DNA from: Octopus vulgaris
Taxonomy: Eukaryota
Assembly (NCBI GenBank): GCA_951406725.2
Contig: OX597817.1
Coordinates: 44,268,001 to 44,332,000 of the forward strand
Length of the DNA: 64,000 nt
Reading direction: 5' to 3'
Shown piece after piece: positions 1-13,019 of the stretch. The position numbers and the translations under genes are program-made. Each line of letters starts with the position of its first letter. Within the stretch, counting starts at the first letter, position 1. Below the pieces are notes generated by a model that searched no databases, was not told where the DNA came from, and saw only the letters and a list, made by a program, of their open reading frames with translations.

Positions 1-1768
1 ACTAGAATAAAACAAAAACAAAATAAAAAGATCGTCAATAATAATTTAACCCAAACAGCCAAGTAGAAGCAAAAGAACACACACACACACACACGCACAC
101 ACACACACGCACACACACACGCACACGCACAGACACACACACACATATACACACACACACATAGACACACACACACAAAACGATTACGAAAACAGGTAAA
201 TGGCAGAGATACAATAATCTGTAGAGGCTGTACTCTGCACACATAGAGAAAGTAGAATGAATTACTGCCATGTTCACTCCAGTCAAGGATACATCAAATT
301 AGGTGATTATTCCAAGCAAACAGTAGTTAGGAGAAGGAAAAGGCCCGTCCGTGGAAGTGGCACTTCAGAAATCTCTTATGATGAAAGCATGAATAATAAA
401 ATAGTGTCTGAATGTTAGATGGATGTAGTATTCCAACTTGAATGAGATATGGGAAGTGTTATTCACTGCCTTTGAAAACAATGCACAGAATTTGTGCAAG
501 ATGCAGCCGTTGAGTATCCTTTCGCTTTTTTAAGACCTTTTACCGAGAATATAAGCAATGCTGGCTACCTACACAAGTATACAAAGGCACAGAAAATGTA
601 CAGAATTTGGTTAATAGATACACCTTTTCTTTTACTTCACATATCCATTATATTATGAAATTCGAATCAGAATTAAATGGCGCTAGTTGGGTGATCCTAA
701 AACTTGTAATCAAGTCGTCTATATTTAAGAAACCACGCGTGCAGCAACAAGTAATGTAGAAAACTGTTCTAACAAGGAAGAACATTCACAGAGAAATTGC
801 CATTCTACTTTTGAGAATGTATCACTTCTGATTACAATACAACATACACCACATATGTTAAATCATTGGGTAAAAGCTGAGAACAAGCTCGGAATAAATA
901 ATGAAGTAAACATTTAGCAAAATTAATCAACATAATGTATTCCTTTTGTGTGATCAAATTATCAGATTCTCCCAGAATCGCATGAATGAAAGGCTCCATC
1001 AGTAAAAAAGCATATTTTAAAAATTGCAGGCTTTAAAATCATCAATAATAAAATAGTATCTGAATGACATATCGATATATACCTACTTGAAAGTGGCATG
1101 ACAAATTGCTTCCTTCTGCCTGAAGGATAAGTTGAAGAATTTGAGAATTATCAGAGCATGACTAAAGATAAATTTTAGCTTCACACCAGTGACATATGCT
1201 TCATGGAAGATATAGTTGTTAAATCAATACGAGAGTAATTACATCGGATCAGTTAATCCAGAACAAATCCATAATTTAATAACACTTGTATTATTCGATA
1301 GCTATAAGGTAATATAATTAATAATGTGATCCAAAATAACACACACTTCAGTTACTTACAAGATGTACTCCAATTCTGAATAAAATAAATTGTTCCAAAA
1401 TTGTCTCTGACCACGAGAAAATTTTGAAGAGTACTCCATGAGCGTCATGGCTGGAATAATATCCATAATCTCAGTTGGTACTGCTTGGAAATCCAGCCGG
1501 AGAGTGTAATGATGGCAGCTTCTGATAGGACCCTATTGAGGAGATGCCTGAGGAATAAACTCCAACTACTCGCCCAGGAATGGAGGGCAGAGAAAATGGA
1601 TGGAAGGATATTTTTATTTTCATTTATCATATTTGTCTGATCTGAAGAAATGGGTAACACATGCCTTTTAGATTATTCAATTATTTATCTTAATTGTGTA
1701 ATTATATATATTTTGATGCTTTTACTCTATGGAAACAATTGTGGAGCACAATTAAACTATTAACCATA

Positions 1769-2331
1769 CGAAGGTGAGTCAAAAAGTAATGCCATTTTGT
1801 TTAGAAGAGGTATAATTACCAACACAGGAACATGTATCGCACATCAAAATAAAGCTGGTCCTCTGTGGATCACATCCCTACTTCTCAACATAGTCACAGT
1901 TTCTCTCAGTAGCAATGTTCCACCTTCGAATGAGAGCATCTATACCTGCCCCGTAAAATTTTGTTGACGCTTCTTTGAGCCACTTCTTCACTACAGTTTT
2001 CACTTCCTCGTCACTGGACTATCATCGTCACTGGACTATCTCTTCGGCCCCATGAAATAGGGTTTGAGAGGCAAATATTATTCCAGTAACGAGGAAGTGA
2101 AAACTGTAGTGAAGAAGTGGCTCAAAGAAGCGTCAACAGAATTTTTCGGGGCAGTGGTACATGCTCTCATTCGAAGGTGGAACGTTGCTACTGAGAGAAA
2201 CGGTGACTATGTTGAGAAGTAGGGATGTGATTCACAAAGAACCAGCTTCATTTTGACGCATGATACATGTTCCTGCGTTGGAAATTATACCTGTCCTAAA
2301 CAAAATAGCATTACTTTTTGACTCACCCTCG
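1769..2331. mobile_element. Mariner-derived fold-back MITE made of two inverted copies of a mariner 3' end
   Basis: TA|CGAAGGTGAGTCAAAAAGTAATGC ... GCATTACTTTTTGACTCACCCTCG|TA with TA on both flanks. Imperfect inverted arms of about 250 bp (1769-2018, 2082-2331). The TIR start resembles irritans-type (Hsmar2-like) mariners. Confidence 0.92.
2034..2222 (+). pseudogene. Mariner transposase C-terminal fragment with an internal stop
   Basis: Translates DYLFGPMK*GLRGKYYSSNEEVKTVVKKWLKEASTEFFGAVVHALIRRWNVATERNGDYVEK*, the region following the mariner YSPDLAPSDY motif and ending in the typical GDYVEK. Confidence 0.88.
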
Positions 2332-2345
2332 TATATCGAATGCAG

Positions 2346-2363
2346 CTTTTCAGCTTTTATCCG

Positions 2364-2433
<70 letters not shown>

Positions 2434-2491
2434 GTGTGTGTGTGTATATATATATATATATGTATGTATGTACACACACACACATACACAT

Positions 2492-2561
<70 letters not shown>
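2346..2561. repeat. Compound (TA)n/(TG)n/(CA)n microsatellite
   Basis: Read directly; it explains the [10 protein letters not shown] ORFs. Confidence 0.95.
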
Positions 2562-2564
<3 letters not shown>

Positions 2565-3618
2565 TATAAAAGTGCATAACGACAGGAAATATGAATGTAC
2601 ACAAAACGTACCAAAAACCCAATACAATACAAAAAGAAAACAAAAATAAAACACACACACAGAGAGGAAAAGAAAAGATATAAAATCCCCGTGACTGGCA
2701 AAGCTGTGAGATTTTAATGATTGTCTACAACAGAATGTTGTACGATGCCAAGTTGTGTCAAATACTGAGAACTGTTCGTCGGCAGAATTCATTATCGCTA
2801 TACAAAGCAACAACTTTGACGCATTAAACGGTTTAACCCAACCTGCTACCCTCATATTTTCCTTAACAATGTTCTGTCTATGATATACTATGTAGGAAGA
2901 CGGCAAGGCTCCGATGGAAAACTTACTACTCCATAGAGAACTAAAGTCTGTCACATTTTCGATTCATACCATTCTAAATCATTTTCTTTATTGTCCTATT
3001 TCTCTCTCCCTTCTCTCTCTCATTCTCACTCTCTTTCCTTCTCTTTCTCTCTCTCTCTCTGACTATTTTCTATACATATATACTTATATATGTATGTATA
3101 TATGCTATACACGCATACATATATATATATGTATATATGCGCGTGTTTATAAAACAAAAACATTAGCCTTTATGGCTTAAAGATATCTGAACACCCAATC
3201 TACGTGATGTGAATAGATTTGAAGAAATATGTGCAATTCCGTTGGAGGAAACGCTCTTTTCACTCTGTTTGAGACATTTAATTTCTTCACTGAAACCTAT
3301 TGTGTCTACGAGCCTTCATTTTTATTTTATGGTTTATTTTGGGTGTCTTTAACCGTCCACACTTCCTTGATATGAAGCAATAAAAACGAACACATGAATA
3401 AAACGAATAACGGAATGAACGACTGGAACGAATATAGGAATAAAATAAAATAAAAAATGCAAGAATGGAAAGACATAATAATGGTGCTCAACAGTTGGAA
3501 GATGGAACAATTGAAGGCAACAAAAATGTTTTGTGGTATAATTTCCAAAAGAATAATGAGTGAACAGTAAAAATGCTGGAACTTTGAGAATTCTAATAGT
3601 TTATCAATAACGACCAGG

Positions 3619-3693
<75 letters not shown>

Positions 3694-3926
3694 ACACACA
3701 CATGCACGCACCACGCACGCACTGACAGACAAATAGACACACACACGCGCACACACACTCGCACAAACACACTCACATGCACGCACGTACACACACTGAA
3801 ACACACACATTCCTACAATACAGACGCAGGTATATATGATGCCCAGGAGAGGGCTAATATTTCAAATGCATACATTGCATACACATATAAATATATATAA
3901 ATTTATATGCATATACATATACATAC

Positions 3927-3979
<53 letters not shown>

Positions 3980-5534
3980 TTTATATGCATATACATATAC
4001 ATACATATGTATATATATATGCCTGTATATAGATAGATATATTCATGTATATATATAGATGTGCATGTGTGTTTGTGTTTGTGTGTTTGTGTGTGTATGT
4101 GTGTGTGAATTTATTCATGCATATACACTACAGACCTAAACACACAAACATACACTCGGATACGCACACATAATCACAGACGTAAAAGGTTATTCAACTC
4201 TTTCAAATATGTATTTTTATGATTCTGTGATGTGGTAGAAAACGTATCGCAAAAGGAATAAACAAAAGAAAAAATGTGAAAAGGAAATAAAAAAAATAAA
4301 AGAAAACAAACAGAAAAATAAATCTTTCAATAAACAAGACAAATATTCGGATTTTGTGAGGGACAGGAAGTTACGTCTGAAATGAATTGATTCAGAGGTG
4401 AAGTAGTCACGTGATTATTTTGTGTTGTTAGTTTTGTATACGTGGTCATTCTAACAAATCGAAATAATCTGGTTGAGATAACATTCGATCAGTAATCGAA
4501 AATGTGTGAGTTCATGACGTGCCTGAGGTTTTTTTCTTCTCTCTTGTTATATAACAAAAATACGACTGGAAAGAATAATTACAATGTAGATGATTTCGAA
4601 CCTCGAACCGTCCATGGCTTCCAGTAATAATTTACACTGTTAAATAATAATGTTATCATTATTGAGATATCTTAGTATACATTTTTCAGTAAACGTGTTT
4701 CTGTATTATTACTCTGTGTTACTTTAGAATTTTTTTTGTTTTTGTCTTTGGTCAGTAAGTGTTATTTCCTATTTGCTTCTATCTAGAAATCAAAGGAAAT
4801 GACTACTATACCTTTCAAACTTTGCTTGCTGCGTGAACGAGAGTAGTGTGAAAGGAAGTGCTTTGCTCAAGAACCCAATGTATCGAAGAATCGAAACCAC
4901 AATCTTACGATAATGAGTCCAAGACCCCTAACCCTCAAACCACACGCCTCCACAGTTTTTTTCTTTAGGACATGTTATAGAGAATATCCATAAACTCCTT
5001 TTACAATTAGTAAAAATCAGAAAAAAAATTGTTTTACTGTATTTGCACCACTTGCAACGAAAAGATATTTTACTCCAAGATGGTACGCCGCCCCATTGGG
5101 GTTTGAGTTTTCGAGAGCTTCTTAATTAAACTTTTTAAAATCGGCAGATTAGAAGAGGCGTTCCAGTTTAGGTAATTTATAGAAACCCTATATGTTTCGT
5201 TGAAAGTTTCATTCTATAATGTAGACCACACAAAATGTGTCCCTTTAAGGTTCATAAACTTATTCTAAACCCAGTTGTATATCAAGTCCAGATTTTGCTA
5301 CACGTTTTAAGTGTCATCCGCTATCTTTGCTTGAGGTGACACCTTCATGTTGTCCTCACTCCTCCAAGTGTAGACTCTGGCAAAGCGAACGGTTTTAATA
5401 ATATCTGATGCCGTGATAATGCTGGATAAAGAGCTGTGAATGTAGGGCACCTATAGAACGAAATTGGGCTCACAGCAGGTCATTGGCATCAAGTAGTTTT
5501 GGGGTGTCGCTCCCCCCTCCATATATGAAGCGCA

Positions 5535-5699
5535 AGCGTGGTTCTGTGATAAGAAGTTTGCTTTCTCAACACATGGTTCAGGCATCAGTCTCTCACTGGG
5601 TGGCACCTTGCGGATGTGTTTCCACAATAGCCCTGGGCAGACCAAAGCCTTGTGTCTGGACTACGTAGACGGAAAGTAAAAAAGAATGCCTGAAGCGTA

Positions 5700-5753
<54 letters not shown>

Positions 5754-5948
5754 TATATATACATACACACATATGTATATATATATATGTATAAGTGCTT
5801 ATACATATATAGATGTGTGTTTGTCTTTGTGTTGTATTTGTTACCTAGTATCGCTTGATAAAATAAGTTCTGGCGTCGATGTTTTTCTCTAAACTCTTGA
5901 AGACAGTACACCAGAATGGTCACAGTCCAAAGAATGAAACAAGTAAAA
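5535..5948 (+). mobile_element. SINE family B, diverged copy
   Basis: Degenerate match to the family B head (GTGGTTCTGTGATAAGAAG...GGTTCAGG), GGCACCTTG, internal microsatellite and GAAACAAGTAAAA tail. Confidence 0.7.
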
Positions 5949-6280
5949 AATAAATGATACTAAAAAAGCCACCCACCCTTAGTTTTCTTCAAATGATAAC
6001 ATTTCACTGTTTGTAGCGGGAAAAATAGGAGTGAACTTCGTTAAATGTTTATACATGCATACACATACACACTCACACAGACACACACACGCTCACACAC
6101 ACACGCACACACACACACGCACACACACATACATTCACACACACACATTGACGTTTTAATATGTATATACATATATTTTACAAATGCAGAAACATCAAAA
6201 ATGGGTGTATATATCTTTCTCCCTCTCCTCACCCCTCTCCCTCCCAGTATAAGAATGTATGTATGCATGTATATATATAA

Positions 6281-6339
<59 letters not shown>

Positions 6340-6499
6340 CTATGTAAGTTGAAAACATCGATTCCCTATACGTACACCAAAATACACGCTTACAAACTCA
6401 CATAGTGTCATACGCACTCTCTCATATATGAATACACACACACACACACACACACACACATCACTCTCCGACTCCTGCCTCTGTATATATATATATACA

Positions 6500-6555
<56 letters not shown>

Positions 6556-6983
6556 ATTTTGACAGTGGCTGTGAAATAAAAGGAGTTATTAATATACAAA
6601 GCGTCAAAATAATCTGGTAGTCTGGGAATTTGAAAAATATCTTCAGTGATAGAATCTTTTGTGTTTCGATCAAAGATTTATCTATCTGAAGACATAGGGG
6701 AGCCTGCGAACAAGCTTTCATATCTTAACGAACTCTCGAGAGACACAATTCAAACCTAACGTCCCTTTCAGAGAGATAGATATATTCCATGATACAAACT
6801 GCAGCCAATTACTTATCTTGGCTTTATTGCCCATATAATAAACAAATAGCGACTATAAAATCAACAACGGGATCATCGATAATAACAATAACAGCAATAA
6901 CAACGATATAGAGTATATATATATATAAAAAAAAAGAAATATCCAAGGCGAAAATCAAAAAGAAGAACTGGATCAGCTGTGTT

Positions 6984-7044
6984 GTAATAATGATGATAAT
7001 GATGATGATCATGATAATGTTGTTGTTGGTGATGATGATGATGG

Positions 7045-7104
<60 letters not shown>

Positions 7105-7133
7105 TAATAATAATAATAATGATAATAATAATA

Positions 7134-7221
<88 letters not shown>

Positions 7222-7241
7222 GGATGATGATGATGATGATG

Positions 7242-7307
<66 letters not shown>

Positions 7308-7312
7308 GTAAT
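6984..7312. repeat. Alternating (ATA)n/(ATG)n trinucleotide microsatellite
   Basis: Read directly; source of the poly-I/M, poly-Y/H and poly-L/S ORFs. Confidence 0.95.
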
Positions 7313-8325
7313 AGCGATAAAACAAAATCAATTGTATATTGGCAAAGGAGTAAAAACAAAGGCCAAAATATTAATAACAGCGGTAACAAATCCATGGGCA
7401 TTAAATACATAAATAATAATAATAACAGCATCAAGTAAACAAACGTAAACATTATGAGAAGAAAATGGAAGATGTAAAAGTCGAACAATAAGGACAACAT
7501 AACAGCAGAAGCATTGCTGCGAATATTAACATCAGCAAGAAATTTCGATTTCTTGTAGAAAAATATTAACAACATAAAAGAGAATAATATCTAAAAGCAG
7601 TAACGATTTCTTTCTTAATTAGGTATACAGCCTGTTCTGAAAGGCCAGAAGAGCTAAGTGGCTTGTCGAGATAAATAAAAATCAAACAAACGGGCAAAAA
7701 AACATAAGCGCAATATGGCGACAGAAGCGTACCAGTAACAAACACAAGTAAAGCAGATGCAATAAGCATTGGAAAGAAAATCAGCCAGATGCCAAGATTG
7801 GTTATAAAACAGCCGCAGGGTAATCTTTAAATATCTTAGCATAATTCTCTCTATCTTAGTATCAATATAACAAAATCTTCGGTCTTACTGAACTTGCTGA
7901 CTCCAAATCTTTATCTCAACAATATATTCTCTCCAACCCACCCCATTATCTCTCCTTCTGTCATCTACAATGTCTTGCGACCTATGACACAATGGTAGGC
8001 ACTTTGTTCGAGCATTTTAATCTGCGCTAACATTTCTATAATTCATTTCCTACATGTTGCTTCAGTTCTATTGCGAAATGCGAAAAGTTCGAGGCGAACA
8101 TTTGATCGCTTTAAATAATCTGATGAAAGTGCATATGAATAACTAGAAGATACTTGTGAACAATTAAGGCATGGCAACATGCAACGTTTTATTACTGAGT
8201 TCGGTATCTATACGTCTATGTAATGGCAAACAGGCATAGACAAACATATGTGGCGGTCATATATGCATGACAAATTTAACGATTTTTCTGTAGACTAAAA
8301 AAAAAAATGATGATGAATAACGTTA

Positions 8326-8710
8326 CTCTTACTCTTTTACTTGTTTCAGTCATTTGACTGTGACCATGCTGGAGCACCGCCTTTAGTCGAGCAAATCGAC
8401 CCCAGGACATATTATTTGTAAGCCAATCACTTATTCTATCGGTATCTTTTGCCGAACCGCTAAGTTACGGGGATGTAAACACACCAGCATCAGTAGTCAA
8501 GCGATGTTGGGAGGAAGGGGGACAAACACACACACATATATATATACGACGTGCTTCTTTCAGTTTCCGTCTACCAAATCCACTCACAAGGCTTTGGTCA
8601 GCCCGTGGCTATAGTAGGAGACACTTGTCCAAGGTGCCACGCAGTGTGACTGAACCTGGAACCATGTGGTTGGTAAAAAAGCTACTTACCACACAGCCAC
8701 TCCTGCGCCT
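8326..8710 (-). mobile_element. SINE family B, full length
   Basis: Minus strand reads AGGCGCAGGAGTGGCTGTGTGGTAAG (A box)...GGTTCAGTC (B-box-like)...ACCTTGGACAAGT (CORE-like)...microsatellite...GAAACAAGTAAAAGAGT tail. Flanked by an imperfect direct repeat of about 65 bp. Confidence 0.9.
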
Positions 8711-9134
8711 ATATATGCATGCCAAATCTAACAATTTCTCCGTAGACTAAAAAAAATGGTGATGAATAGCGTTAATCGATTTTCGAACCTTATCGGGTTT
8801 TCATCAGGCCTGTCGACGTCATGTGACCACTTCCGAAGGAATAAGCTGTGAAATTGTTCATATGTTCAACAAATCCAATAGCTACAGAGAAATGGAGTTA
8901 CTAATTGCCACCAGTATGCGTTCTTTGCCTTGACTGGAGCATAGGGCGGTGCTCGCCTCTTTGAGCTAGGAAATGAATGGGATGCCTGGTGCGTGTCTTG
9001 TTGTGACTACCCTCTCCTAAAAAAATGGGGAATAGGCCTGGGTATATATACAAAAAATGTATTTAACACTGAGACAGAAAGAGAAAATGAGGGAGGGCAA
9101 GAAAGAGAGAGTGTGAGAAAGAAACACAGAGAGC

Positions 9135-9197
<63 letters not shown>

Positions 9198-10364
9198 GTG
9201 TATTCTGCTCAGCTGATACTCATTTTCAGTTGGTGGAATGTAGCAACATCAAAGGAAGTGCCCTTACTCAAGGATAGAATACGCTGCTCGATCCAGGAAT
9301 TGAACCCACTGTATTATGATCGTGAGTACCTTAAGTATTAGAACACACGCCTTCACCTAGGATGCATACAACCAAAAGAACTGATAAAGCACCTGAATGT
9401 CACCATTGGCCATCCCTACGTTCTGATAAAATGCTGTTACATACTTTAGACGACGCTACTATTTCCACAACACAGAATTAACCTCATTTCTTCGAGATGT
9501 TAATGGTTTTGGTTAAAACAGCAACAATACTACCCAATTGTTTCATTAGTTTAAAGATCCTTCAGTGGATAACGATCATAAGAATCACGTCAGTCATTGT
9601 ATTCTCTGTGTACAATTGATAAGATTTGATCTATGAGGTCACAAGAGGTTGAATAGATAGTAATTTTAAAGATACGAATAGGGTCAAGCAATATCGTGTA
9701 TTTGTAGTCGACTACGTTTAGTAACATAGAATTAGATTCGTTCAATTTAGAGAGAGGAAGAAATATAATTTGTTTTCCTGGCTTTTATAAATAACATCTA
9801 CAACATAAAGAACGCGGAATAGAATCTTGGCTATATATTTGAGTAAAGCAGGCGAGCATTTATGAATGATTTTCGTTAACCTTAGCAAAACCATTACTCT
9901 ATCGAGTACATTTCATATATTCAGTTTACATGACTTAATTTGGAAGAGATTGGATGCTGGTGTATTAAGGGACAGTATTAAAATTCTAAATTGGAATAAA
10001 TATTAGTCGGCGACTAATATTAGTTTTATAATTTTCTTGGTAAGCACAACAGGCAACTTTGAATACGCTTCTGCGCCATTTTGGCGTCATCTGCGAGGTA
10101 TAGAGCTTCTATAGCCCGCTGGATTTTGTAAGATCGATGTTATGTTTACTAAGATATTCTATTAAATGTCTTCTTCTATGTAAAGAAATAGGTTTGTAGA
10201 GAAGAGAAAGTAAATATGTCAGACAGAAAGAGGGAGAGAGATAAAGGGAGAGAAAGGCAAAAGAAAAAAGAGAAAAAGATAGGAGAGAAAGAAAGAGGAA
10301 AACAAGTGAAAATTAGAAAGAAGTCAATTTAGAGGAAGATAGTGCGTGTGTGTGTGTGTGTGTA

Positions 10365-10404
<40 letters not shown>

Positions 10405-10528
10405 TGAGAGGAAGGGCTAATAGGAAAATTATTCATATTAGATATTTTCTCTGATGGTAAATATGTAAAAAAATGTTTATAGGAAAATATTACATCGTTC
10501 AAGTTTTTCAGGTTACTACATCACCTGT

Positions 10529-10740
10529 AAGGCAGCAAATTGGCAGAATCGTTAGTACTTCAGTCCAAAGATCTAGTAGCATTTCTTCCGGTTGTTTCGC
10601 TCTGAGTCCAAATTCAGCCCAAGCCAATTTCCTCTTTCATCCGTTCCGGGTCGATAAGATAAAGTACCTGTTGAATTATGGGGTCAATGTAATCAACTTG
10701 TGCCATTCCTGCAAAATTTGGTAGTATTGGGCCCTGCAAG
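10529..10740 (+). mobile_element. SINE family A, diverged copy
   Basis: AAGGCAGCAAATTGGCAGAATCGTTAG head and CTTTCATCCGTTCCGGGTCGATAA central block. Confidence 0.75.
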
Positions 10741-10954
10741 GATCTGTGACCCTGGTCAGTTTGTCCCCCCAACATCACTTGACAAGCAATGCTGGTGTGT
10801 TTACGTTCCCGTAACTTAGCGGTTCGGCAAAACAATAGAATGTTGTGATCTTGGTCAGTTATGCGCCATAGAAACCGGATAGCCAATTTTACGAGACTTA
10901 GGGCTCAAGAACATGATTTATTTTAGTATTTATTCCAACTCATAAATTGCTGAA

Positions 10955-11257
10955 GTGGAGGCACATGGCCTAGTGTTTAGAACAGTGGACTCGCGGTCGA
11001 GGGATCGCGGGTTCGAATCTCAGACCGGGCGATGTGTGTTTATGAGCGAAATATCTAAGCTCCGCGCGGATTCGGCAGAAGGTAATGGCGAACTTCTGCT
11101 GACTCTTTCGCCACAACTTTCTCCCACTCTTTCTTCCTGCATCTAGCAGCTCACCTGCGACGGACCGGTGTCCCGTCCAGGTGGGAAACCTATGCGCCAA
11201 GGAAACCGGGAAACCGGCCCTTATGAGCCAGGCATGGCTCGAAAAGGAACAAACAAC
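10955..11257 (+). mobile_element. SINE family C (tRNA head, (AAC)n tail)
   Basis: A box TGGCCTAGTG, B box GGTTCGAATC, CCTGCGACGGACCGGTGTCCCGTCCAGG block resembling the V-SINE domain, tail AACAAACAAC, TSD AAATTGCT. Confidence 0.88.
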
Positions 11258-12461
11258 AAATTGCTAATTGTTAGTAAAGCATGATTAATGTTTGAAAATA
11301 TACGGATCATCGAATTTATTGAAAGCCAGTATGTATACATATATACACGCATACACACACACACACACACACACACACGCCCTTTGAAATCATGATGCTG
11401 CATCTGTTGCCCGAGAGAAAATCTCTTAATAGATATGCTAAAAAGTCAATATATATCGCAGTGAGATAACCTTCTTTGGAGCGGTGAATCACGAGGACGC
11501 ATTTCGTTCTGTTTGTCGGTTGTCAATGCCTTCCCCCCTGTTTGCCACTTGTTAAAACAAAACTGAATAATACTTTCGCAGGGATTGAGGAAAGCCTGCC
11601 AGGCAACTAAAAAAACCGGCAAATGCAACTGAAGCAGCATTCAATTAACATATACATACACACACATATAGATGTATGTATGTATATAAGCATATATACT
11701 CACTCTCTCACACACACATATATACACACATATATATACATATATACGCATATATATACATATATACACATATATACACGTATATATACATATATAAACA
11801 TATATATACACATATATATATACATACACACACACAGAAATATGTATATATATATGTATGTATGTATTCTTGTACACCTCAAATATGTCTTGAAATTCTT
11901 TAATCAATTTGCAGGTAATGCTTATATATCAGTAGAAAACATTGGATTGTTCTGTCAACTCGCCTTGAGATCCTGTATCGTAGTAATACTTTCTATGAGA
12001 ATGCTAGAGCTTGCACAGCAATAAGAGAGCCCAGCTACGTATTGATTCGCACATGAATCACCAATGCGCTAATAGCACATTCGATAAATTTGTTGAGATG
12101 AATATATTCAACAATTTTGCTTCTTTGATTCACGTATTGCTATTCGGGTAATGTCTTACATTTTCTTTTAAGTCTCTTTTGAACCGCCACCGACGCAAAA
12201 TGTTGCCGTAGCGGTTTGATGCTAATTCAGATAGTATGGTGAGTGGTATTTCGAATTTGCATGTTGAAATTCAGTATAGCAAGCTAACAAAACACTCTTT
12301 GCAAAATATAATGCTTTCACTTCCTAGAGAGAAGTGTTTTACCTTATTTATAGTAGCTACCTATTTGGACTAGACCAGCTTGTATTTAATCTATCTTGCA
12401 TGTATTCAGTAGCAACACTTAATATGTGCACAAAGAAGTTTGTAAGGGAAAGTTAACAAAT

Positions 12462-12841
12462 AGGTGCAGGAGTGGCTGTATGGTAAGTAGCTTGCTTACG
12501 AACCACATGGTTCCGGATTCAGTCCCACTGCGTGGCACCTTGGGCAAGTGTCTTCTACTATAGCCTCGGGCCGACCGAAGCCTTGTGAGTAGATTTGGTA
12601 GACGGAAACTGAAAAAAGCCCGTCGTATGTATGTATGTATGTATGTATGTATGTATGTATGTATAGATCGTTAGTCACTACATATTTTTTTCTCTCCTTG
12701 TTTTTTCTGTGTACCTTTCTGTAGAAGAGCGTAGGCTCGAAACGTAAAATACTTTTTCTATTCCTGAGCGTTATACTAATACATCTGTTTGTTTTGTACA
12801 CCGCCTGTCTTTGCTTTGTCTTTTGTTTTTTCGTAAACTTT

Positions 12842-12885
<44 letters not shown>

Positions 12886-13019
12886 GTGTGTGTGTGTGTG
12901 TGTGTGCGTGCGTGTATATGTTTGCGTGTCTGTGTTTGTCCCTCCAACATCACTTGACTAGCGGTGCTCCAGCATGGTCGCAGTCAAATGATTGAAACAA
13001 GTAGAAGAGTAAAAGAGTA
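12462..13019 (+). mobile_element. SINE family B with an extra module (about 180 bp) inserted in its internal microsatellite
   Basis: Family B head at 12462 and tail AAAAGAGTA at 13019; foreign segment at 12666-12845. Confidence 0.88.
12715..12750 (+). ncRNA. Minimal hammerhead-like motif with variant core
   Basis: TTT-CTGTAGA-A-GAGC(GTAG)GCTC-GAAAC-GTA-AAA: stem I, core with A6>U, 4-bp stem II, GAAAC and GUA triplet. Confidence 0.45.

Noticed and set aside
2232-2954. 240-aa ORF and the many YIYI/CVCV/HTHT/LSIY ORFs across the window
   Set aside because: They stay open only because dinucleotide and tetranucleotide repeats lack stops in some frames; no domain content.
6680-6725. CTGAAGA...AGG(GGAG)CCT...GAAC as a hammerhead
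   Set aside because: The second box is GAAC rather than GAAA, and the stems are too weak; compatible with chance.
6873-7575. Poly-His/Tyr, poly-Ile/Met and poly-Leu/Ser ORFs
   Set aside because: Translation of the (ATA)/(ATG) microsatellite.
10955-11025. tRNA genes at SINE heads (also 13594, 23555, 33779)
   Set aside because: A and B boxes are present, but the acceptor stem and cloverleaf are incomplete and each continues into a repeated SINE body.
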